Made by a program: the position numbers and the translations under genes. From IMG/VR virus record IMGVR_UViG_3300042191_000126: DNA of 20,000 nucleotides; one strand, given 5' to 3'. Under the pieces are notes generated by a model, which saw only the letters and a program-made list of their open reading frames with translations, ran no database searches and was not told the DNA's origin. This stretch comes from an uncultured virus (IMG/VR IMGVR_UViG_3300042191_000126). Its lineage: Duplodnaviria > Heunggongvirae > Uroviricota > Caudoviricetes. Positions 1 through 5,927 of the stretch are shown one piece after another (position 1 is the first letter of the stretch; every line of letters begins with the position of its first letter).

Positions 1-23
1 AGTTTCACGAGGAAGGACAACGC

Positions 24-386
24 GTGCCGAAGATCTCCCGCCATGGCGGGCCGTCGGACAAGACCTTGCCCGCGCCGGACCATGTCGTCGTGGTGCTCGA
101 GCCGCTCACCACGGCGGAGGTCGAGGATCTGCGCGAGCGTGGGCCGGCCGTGCACCAGGCCGTTCCCGATCCAGACCCGGAGGGAGGTGAGCTGTCATCG
201 CCTGGGAGCAGCTCCTCAGCATCTACGCCGAAGCCGCCGACGAGCAGCGAGCCGAGCAAACCCGACCCCCGGTCGCGTGCCCGAATGACGGGGAACCGCT
301 CGGCCAGGGGCCGGACGGAATCCTCTTCTGCCAGTTTGACGGCTGGACAGAGGACGGCTCCTACGTCGGGGCCTGACCGCGACTGA
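24..386 (+). CDS. Phage hypothetical protein, Ser/Pro-rich C-terminal half
   Basis: GAGGAAGGA RBS before GTG at 24. The 5' half has high GC3; the 3' half overlaps a second reading frame (197-376). Confidence 0.7.
   Translation: MPKISRHGGPSDKTLPAPDHVVVVLEPLTTAEVEDLRERGPAVHQAVPDPDPEGGELSSPGSSSSASTPKPPTSSEPSKPDPRSRARMTGNRSARGRTESSSASLTAGQRTAPTSGPDRD
197..376 (+). CDS. Nested small protein (59 aa, CPND...CQFD, possibly metal-binding), probable non-canonical ATC start
   Basis: Frame reads (I)AWEQLLSIYAEAADEQRAEQTRPPVACPNDGEPLGQGPDGILFCQFDGWTEDGSYVGA*. Strong SD GGAGGTGA at 183-190, very high GC3. No in-frame ATG/GTG/TTG, so it is absent from the ORF track. Confidence 0.65.
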   Translation: MAWEQLLSIYAEAADEQRAEQTRPPVACPNDGEPLGQGPDGILFCQFDGWTEDGSYVGA

Positions 387-404
387 TAGCCAGGGGAGGC
401 CGTA

Positions 405-815
405 GTGGCTGGCAGCATCGCGTTCAGCAGCTCCACCGTCGGATCGCTGATCATCCGGTACACGTATGTGTGGACATCGGACGCGGCCGGTGTGGTCAGT
501 GGCATCAGCCACGATCTGATCCATGGGGCGGTCATTGCGGCGACGTTTTCCCCCGGTGCTGGCGGAGTCCAGCCGACGAACCTCTATGACGTCGCCCTGC
601 GGTGCGATCAGCACAGCGTGGACGTCCTCAACGAAGAAGGCCTGGACAAGTCGAACACGGCCGGATCGCACCACGCGATCTTCTCCTACAACGCCGCGAA
701 GGGTGTGTTCTTCCGGCAGTTCGTCCACGGCGGCGGATACACACTCGGCGTCACCAACGCCGGCGCTTCGAAGCAAGGGACCATGGAGATCTACGTGTCC
801 CACGGGGTTCTGTAG
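405..815 (+). CDS. Hypothetical virion-associated protein (beta-rich)
   Basis: GGGGAGG RBS, high GC3, located in the head/neck region. Confidence 0.75.
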   Translation: MAGSIAFSSSTVGSLIIRYTYVWTSDAAGVVSGISHDLIHGAVIAATFSPGAGGVQPTNLYDVALRCDQHSVDVLNEEGLDKSNTAGSHHAIFSYNAAKGVFFRQFVHGGGYTLGVTNAGASKQGTMEIYVSHGVL

Positions 816-827
816 GAGGGGTGACAG

Positions 828-1889
828 GTGGCGATCACCACTCCGGTCTACGCGACGCGTGAGGACGTCAAAGACGCCCTCGACGTCAAGGAGACCGCGC
901 GGGCGAACAGCCGGATCGACCGGGCAATTGAGGCAGCGTCCCGAACGGTGGAAGGCCTGCTGCACCGCAGGTTCTACCCGCAGACCGCGACCCGCTACTT
1001 CGACTGGCCCAACGCTCAGCGCGCGCGGCCGTGGCGGCTGTGGCTGGACGACAACGAGCTGATCAGCATCACCACCCTGTCATCCGGGGGGACTACGATC
1101 GCCGCCTCTGACTTCTTCCTCGAACCCAACAGGAACGGCCCGCCGTACAACCAGCTGCAGATCGACCTCGACAGCTCGGCCGCGTTCGGCGGCGGATCAA
1201 CCCACCAGCGAGACATCACCATCACCGGCCTGTACGGCTACACCAACGACGAGACCCTCGTGGGCGACGTCGACGAGGCCATGACCGCCACGGAGACAGA
1301 CCTCGACGTCACCGACACCGCAGGCATCGGCGTCGGCAGCATCCTCCGCACCGGCACCGAACGCCTCCTCATCACCGAGAAGGCCATGAAGGACACCGGT
1401 GTGAACATCGACGCCGCCGACTCCCTCACCGCCAGCGTGGCCGACGTATCGATCACCATGTCCACCACCACCGCCGCGCCCACCGTCGGGGAGACGATCC
1501 TCATCGACTCCGAACGGATGCTCGTCGTCGACAAGGCCGGCGCCGTGCTGACCGTGAAACGCGCGTGGGACGGAAGTGTCCTCGCCACCCACGCAGCAGG
1601 CGCGGACATCTACGCACCCCGCACGTTGACCGTCACCCGCGGGGCACTGGGCACCACCGCCGCGACCATGGCCGCCGGAGACGACCTGTACCGGTGGGAC
1701 CCGCCCAGCCCGGTGCGGGAACTGACAATCGCCGAGGCCCTCAACACCCTGCTCCAGGGCCAGTCCGGGTACGCGCGCACTGTCGGCTCGGGCGAGAACA
1801 CGCGCGAGATGCACGGCCGCGGCCTGCGGGAACTCCGCGAATCCGTCTACACGTCGCACGGCCGCAAGGGCCGCATTCGGGGAGTGTAG
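828..1889 (+). CDS. Head-to-tail adaptor (SPP1 gp15/HK97 gp6-like) with inserted beta domains
   Basis: N-terminal YATREDVKDAL...IDRAIEAASRTVEGLLHRRF motif typical of actinophage adaptors. AGGAGGGGT RBS and position. Confidence 0.75.
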   Translation: MAITTPVYATREDVKDALDVKETARANSRIDRAIEAASRTVEGLLHRRFYPQTATRYFDWPNAQRARPWRLWLDDNELISITTLSSGGTTIAASDFFLEPNRNGPPYNQLQIDLDSSAAFGGGSTHQRDITITGLYGYTNDETLVGDVDEAMTATETDLDVTDTAGIGVGSILRTGTERLLITEKAMKDTGVNIDAADSLTASVADVSITMSTTTAAPTVGETILIDSERMLVVDKAGAVLTVKRAWDGSVLATHAAGADIYAPRTLTVTRGALGTTAATMAAGDDLYRWDPPSPVRELTIAEALNTLLQGQSGYARTVGSGENTREMHGRGLRELRESVYTSHGRKGRIRGV

Positions 1890-1891
1890 GC

Positions 1892-2284
1892 ATGCCAGAT
1901 TTCGACGTCCGGGTCAACGTCAATGCCAGCGGACCGATGTTCAACGGGCAGGCGCAGCGGGCCGCCAACACGTACAGCGACCAGCTCCGCTACGAAGTCG
2001 CCCGGCAGGCCGAGGACATGATCCACGCCCGGCTGCGGCAGGTGCTGAAGCATCCGACCGGCTACTACGAGTCCCGCATCAGCGTGGAGCGGTCCGGGAA
2101 CACCTACCGGGTCAACGACGGCAGAGTCGTGTACGGGCCATGGCTTGAGGGTCAGGGGAGCAGGAATTTCCCGGTGACCCGCTTCCGGGGCTACCAGACG
2201 TTCCGCAGGGTCAAGGCGTTGATCGACCGGCGGGCGAACGGCATCGCTCAGCGGATGCTGCGCCGCTACATCGGCCGGATGTGA
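1892..2284 (+). CDS. HK97 gp10-like neck/tail-completion protein
   Basis: Basic 130-aa protein with PTGYYESRI and VVYGPWLEG motifs. ATG at 1892 after GGGGAG; the longer start in the ORF track overlaps the adaptor. Confidence 0.7.
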   Translation: MPDFDVRVNVNASGPMFNGQAQRAANTYSDQLRYEVARQAEDMIHARLRQVLKHPTGYYESRISVERSGNTYRVNDGRVVYGPWLEGQGSRNFPVTRFRGYQTFRRVKALIDRRANGIAQRMLRRYIGRM

Positions 2285-2290
2285 TCCGCG

Positions 2291-2746
2291 GTGGCACTGG
2301 ACGTACAGGGAATCCTCAACGCCGTCGTCTCGCACGTCGCGGCGTCCGGGTGGTTCGAGCGGGTCAATGCCCACGAGCCTGCTAACGCTCCCGGGCATGG
2401 GCTGACGGCAGCGGTGTGGGTGGACCGGATGGACACGGTGCTGTCCTCCGGCCTGGCCTCCACAACCGGACGGCTGGTCTTCAACGTCCGCGTGTACACG
2501 TCGATGCAGCAGGAACCGGCCGACGCGATCGACCCGAACATGACCGCCGCGGCTGACGCCCTGTTCCGCGCGTACATCGGCGATTTCACGCTGGGCGGCC
2601 TGGTCCGCCAGGTCGATGTACGAGGCCAGCACGGGATCGGCCTGGAGGCGCGGGCGGGCTACCTCGAGCAGGACGGCATGCTGCTGCGGGTCCTGACGAT
2701 CACGCTTCCATGCATAGCTAATGACTTGTGGGACGAGACGCCGTAA
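2291..2746 (+). CDS. Tail terminator-like protein
   Basis: 151 aa, position between the gp10-like gene and tail tube, GDFTLGGLV motif, high GC3. Confidence 0.65.
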   Translation: MALDVQGILNAVVSHVAASGWFERVNAHEPANAPGHGLTAAVWVDRMDTVLSSGLASTTGRLVFNVRVYTSMQQEPADAIDPNMTAAADALFRAYIGDFTLGGLVRQVDVRGQHGIGLEARAGYLEQDGMLLRVLTITLPCIANDLWDETP

Positions 2747-2765
2747 CTGGTACGGTAGTCGTGTG

Positions 2766-3560
2766 ATGAAACGAGGTAAATACGAGCGCACTCCGGAGAT
2801 GCGCGCCGCTGCAAGCGCGGCACGCAAGGGCCAGAAGTGCGCTGAAGGGTGTACCTGCAAGAAGCATTTGACCTATGAGCGGACGCCAGAGTCGCTCGCG
2901 AAGTTCGCCGAGTCGACCCGAGGTAGGAAGCAATCTCCGGAGGCTATTGCCAAGCGCACGGCTACACGCAAAGCCCGAGGCACGCTTGTAAAGCACGGCC
3001 ACGGCAGCGCGAAAGAAGGACGTTCGCGCACCTACTTCACGTGGATGAACATGATCCAACGCTGCACCAACGCGAGCGCTCCCGTTTACAAGTACTACGG
3101 CGGTCGCGGCATCGTGGTATGCGATCGCTGGCGTGACTTTGCGAACTTCCTCGCTGACATGGGCGAGCGGCCCGATGGTCTGTCTATCGAACGCATCGAC
3201 AACAACGGCAACTACGAACCGGGCAACTGCCGATGGGCAACCCAGGTTGAGCAGTGCAACAACAAGCGCCGAAACTCTAACTATGATCGGCCACCAAGAA
3301 CGCCGGAATGCGGCCACCCCGATCGTCCGCACAAAGCACGCGGCATGTGCGGAGCCTGCTATTTCCGTTGGCGCGTCGGCCCGCAGAAGAAGGAAGTAGA
3401 CCGACGTACGAAACTCACTGATGAGAACGTGGCCTGGGTCAAGGCAAATGCAGGCAGGCGCTCCCAGCGGGCTATGGCTGAAGCTCTTGGAGTGAGTTCG
3501 AGTACTATTTCCATGATCATCAACGGAAAGCGAAGGGCTAAGGGCCCCGTAAGACCCTGA
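2766..3560 (+). CDS. Free-standing HNH (homing) endonuclease with Cys-rich and C-terminal HTH modules
   Basis: Y..WMNMIQRC...[49 protein letters not shown] phage HNH-type signature. CGH...CGAC motif; C-terminal [23 protein letters not shown]. Lower GC than flanks. Start is GTG 2763 or ATG 2766. Confidence 0.85.
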   Translation: MKRGKYERTPEMRAAASAARKGQKCAEGCTCKKHLTYERTPESLAKFAESTRGRKQSPEAIAKRTATRKARGTLVKHGHGSAKEGRSRTYFTWMNMIQRCTNASAPVYKYYGGRGIVVCDRWRDFANFLADMGERPDGLSIERIDNNGNYEPGNCRWATQVEQCNNKRRNSNYDRPPRTPECGHPDRPHKARGMCGACYFRWRVGPQKKEVDRRTKLTDENVAWVKANAGRRSQRAMAEALGVSSSTISMIINGKRRAKGPVRP

Positions 3561-3609
3561 GCACATCGACTTAGCCTGCGCGGCGGCCAATGTCCGCGCT
3601 TCGACAACG

Positions 3610-3643
3610 AGCCCTACCAGCCCGCGGCTGGTGGGGCTTTCTC
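3610..3643 (+). terminator. Intrinsic terminator-like hairpin after the HNH gene
   Basis: AGCCCTACCAGCC-CGC-GGCTGGTGGGGCT, 13-bp stem with one G:U, then TTCTC. Confidence 0.55.
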
Positions 3644-3658
3644 GTGAAGGGAGGACGC

Positions 3659-4399
3659 GTGGCAAAGTCCTCGGGGCTTGGAGACTCATTCTACTTGTCC
3701 GGATATGACCTGTCTGGTGACCTCGGCAGCATCAGTACCTCTGGCGGCCCGGCCGCGCTGGAGGTCACCGGGATCGACAAGTCCGCTCCCGAGCGGATCG
3801 GTGGCCTGCGGACCGGTGGCATGTCCTGGTCCGCCTGGTTCAACCCAGCCGCGAACCAGGCGCACGACCGACTGGAAAACCTTCCGACAACGGACGTCAT
3901 AGCGACCTACTTCCGGGGCACGACACTGGGCGACCAGTCGGCGAACCTGGTCGCGAAACAGCTCAACTACGACGGCACCCGCGGTAACGACGGAGCATTC
4001 AGCTTCGCTGTGGAGGCGCAGTCCAACGGCTACGGCGTCGAGTGGGGCCGCTCCCTGACTGCGGGGAAGCGCACCGACACTGCGGCCACCAACGGCACTT
4101 CGGTGGATTTCGGCACCGGCTCCACGACATTCGGGCTGCAGGCCTACCTCCACGTTTTTGCTTTCACCGGGACCAGCGTGACGGTGTCGCTGGAGGAGTC
4201 CTCGGACAATGGCACCGATCCGTGGGCTGCGGTCACCGGAGGTGCGTTCACCGCGGCGACGGGGATCACGTCGCAGCGGATCGCGACCTCTGCCGTCCAG
4301 ACGGTGGAGCGGTATCTGCGGGTCGTCACGACCGGCACGTTCACCAACGCGGTGTTCGCCGTATCCGTGGTGCGCAACGACACGGCGACGGCCTTCTAG
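3659..4399 (+). CDS. Tail tube-like protein with C-terminal beta-sandwich extension (paralog 1)
   Basis: GTG at 3659 after AAGGGAGG. N-terminal half aligns by eye with 4957-5367 (EVTGIDKSAPER vs DVTGLDKSAMER). Confidence 0.7.
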   Translation: MAKSSGLGDSFYLSGYDLSGDLGSISTSGGPAALEVTGIDKSAPERIGGLRTGGMSWSAWFNPAANQAHDRLENLPTTDVIATYFRGTTLGDQSANLVAKQLNYDGTRGNDGAFSFAVEAQSNGYGVEWGRSLTAGKRTDTAATNGTSVDFGTGSTTFGLQAYLHVFAFTGTSVTVSLEESSDNGTDPWAAVTGGAFTAATGITSQRIATSAVQTVERYLRVVTTGTFTNAVFAVSVVRNDTATAF

Positions 4400-4407
4400 G
4401 GGGCGTG

Positions 4408-4845
4408 ATGCGTGAGATGAACCGAAATGACCGTCTGCTTCTGGCGCCGGGCGCGTACCAGACGTACAGCATCACCAAACCGCGGGACACCCTCATCCGA
4501 GCAGTGTGTGAGCAGGTCGGGTGTGCGGCGTGGCGGTACGGGTGGGAGTCGACAGTCGACGAGTCCACCGGACTGGGCCGGTCGCAGGCTGTGTACATCC
4601 GGCAGCGGTCGCGGCGGACGTTCACCGAGACGTGCACCGGAGCCGGGCTGACGGTGTTCCGATTCGAGTCCGGCCAGAGGTGCTTCGCGAATCACGAGAC
4701 GAGGCCGGAGATCTACGTGGTCCGGGATGGGGACTGGCGGGGAAACCCGACCGGGCGGGCGCGTACCCATCAGCGGCCGGCGGATTGGGTCGAGGATTTC
4801 GGACTCAATCAGCAGCGACTCGGAGACGACAAGCAGCGCGGTTAG
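4408..4845 (+). CDS. Phage hypothetical protein (CEQVGC ... CFANH)
   Basis: Fills the gap between the two tube paralogs, high GC3. ATG at 4408 (alternatives 4405/4417). Confidence 0.7.
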   Translation: MREMNRNDRLLLAPGAYQTYSITKPRDTLIRAVCEQVGCAAWRYGWESTVDESTGLGRSQAVYIRQRSRRTFTETCTGAGLTVFRFESGQRCFANHETRPEIYVVRDGDWRGNPTGRARTHQRPADWVEDFGLNQQRLGDDKQRG

Positions 4846-4866
4846 CTACCGCTTTCCCATTTTTCG

Positions 4867-4898
4867 AGGTCCGGACTTTTTTGGTCCGGGCCTTTCTC
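4867..4898 (+). terminator. Terminator-like hairpin
   Basis: AGGTCCGGAC-TTTTTTG-GTCCGGGCCT, 10-bp stem, then TTCTC. Confidence 0.5.
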
Positions 4899-4922
4899 GT
4901 ATCTGGATAAGAGGAGCGGCGT

Positions 4923-4959
4923 CGGCTGCCCTCTTGATTAATGGAGGGCAGTCGCTTTG
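4923..4959 (+). promoter_or_regulatory. RBS-sequestering hairpin before tail tube paralog 2
   Basis: CGGCTGCCCTC (4923-4933) pairs with GAGGGCAGTCG (4944-4954), covering SD GGAGGG (4943-4948). TTG start at 4957. Confidence 0.55.
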
Positions 4960-5367
4960 GCCAAGGAAGCAGGGATCGGATGGTCGGTGTGCAGCATCGA
5001 CGATAGTGGCGGCACCCCGGTCGCCATCGTGAATGACATCACGAACCTTCAATTCGCCACCCCCCGCGCAGTACAAGACGTCACCGGCCTCGACAAGTCG
5101 GCGATGGAACGCCTCCTCCTCCTCGCCGACTTCTCCATCACCCTCAACGGCGTCTTCAACGACGACGCCTCGGTCGGCAGCCACACCGTGTTCAAGACCG
5201 TGCCATCCACATCCGTGGCACGCACAACAACACTCACCGTGTCCGGGCAGACCCTCGCGAACGAGGTCTTCTACACGGACTACCCGCTCAGCAGGTCCGA
5301 CTCCGGCGAGCTCACATTCGCTGTTCCGGGCGTGCTGTCCGGTGGTGTCGTTCCGACTTGGTCCTGA
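4957..5367 (+). CDS. Major tail tube protein (paralog 2, 136 aa)
   Basis: Size, position immediately before the tail chaperone, DVT..D....E motif, C-terminal GVVPTWS. Confidence 0.75.
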   Translation: MAKEAGIGWSVCSIDDSGGTPVAIVNDITNLQFATPRAVQDVTGLDKSAMERLLLLADFSITLNGVFNDDASVGSHTVFKTVPSTSVARTTTLTVSGQTLANEVFYTDYPLSRSDSGELTFAVPGVLSGGVVPTWS

Positions 5368-5379
5368 AGGGGGAGCGCT

Positions 5380-5778
5380 GTGGGCTACCGGCACAAGCCG
5401 AAGAACATCGTTCTCAAATTCGACGAGGGCTCCGACTATCCCGGGTTCGAGTGCACTCTCCGGGGTCTCACCCTCGGCGAGTACCGGGAGGTCATCGGGA
5501 TTGACGAGGTCGACAACGTCGCGATCGGCAGCATGCTCGACTCGTTCGCCACGGCTCTCATCTCCTGGAATCTGGAGGACGAGCAGGGCCATCCCGTGGC
5601 GCCGACTCCGGAGGCCGTGCTTGCGCAGGACAAGGACCTCATGCTGAAGGCCGCCGAATCCTGGATCGATGCGATCCACGGGGTGCCCGCCCCTTTGGGG
5701 CAGAGCTCGCCCGATGGCGCGCCGTCCCCGGAGGTGTCGATTCCGATGGACGTCCTGTCACCAAGCCTGGCGAGCTAG
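5380..5778 (+). CDS. Tail assembly chaperone (gpG-like)
   Basis: LISWNLEDEQGHPVAPT motif. Lies between tail tube and tape measure; slippery site near the 3' end. Confidence 0.85.
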   Translation: MGYRHKPKNIVLKFDEGSDYPGFECTLRGLTLGEYREVIGIDEVDNVAIGSMLDSFATALISWNLEDEQGHPVAPTPEAVLAQDKDLMLKAAESWIDAIHGVPAPLGQSSPDGAPSPEVSIPMDVLSPSLAS

Positions 5779-5921
5779 CCGAGGCCGAGATGATCCTCGG
5801 CCTGTGCGACCGGTTTCACTGCCTTCCCTCCGAGCTGCTTGCTGAGGATGCCGTGCTGTTGCGGCTCCTGGCGATCGAGCGGCTCGGCACCCCAGAGACG
5901 TACGGCGATGCGGAGGGGTGA
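5691..5921 (+). CDS. -1 frameshift extension of the tail chaperone (gpGT-like; join 5380-5697, 5697-5921)
   Basis: C CCT TTG heptamer (X XXY YYZ) at 5691-5697 in the correct frame. The -1 frame is open to TGA 5919-5921 and encodes GAELARWRAVPGG...ILGLCDRFHCLPSELLAEDAVLLRLLAIERLG. Confidence 0.8.
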   Translation, partial: PFGAELARWRAVPGGVDSDGRPVTKPGELAEAEMILGLCDRFHCLPSELLAEDAVLLRLLAIERLGTPETYGDAEG

Positions 5922-5927
5922 CGGGCT

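Noticed and set aside
2747..3658. Group I intron or intein hosting the HNH gene
   Set aside because: Both flanking genes look complete, with their own stop and RBS/start. The non-coding space (about 20 and 100 nt) is too short for a ribozyme core.
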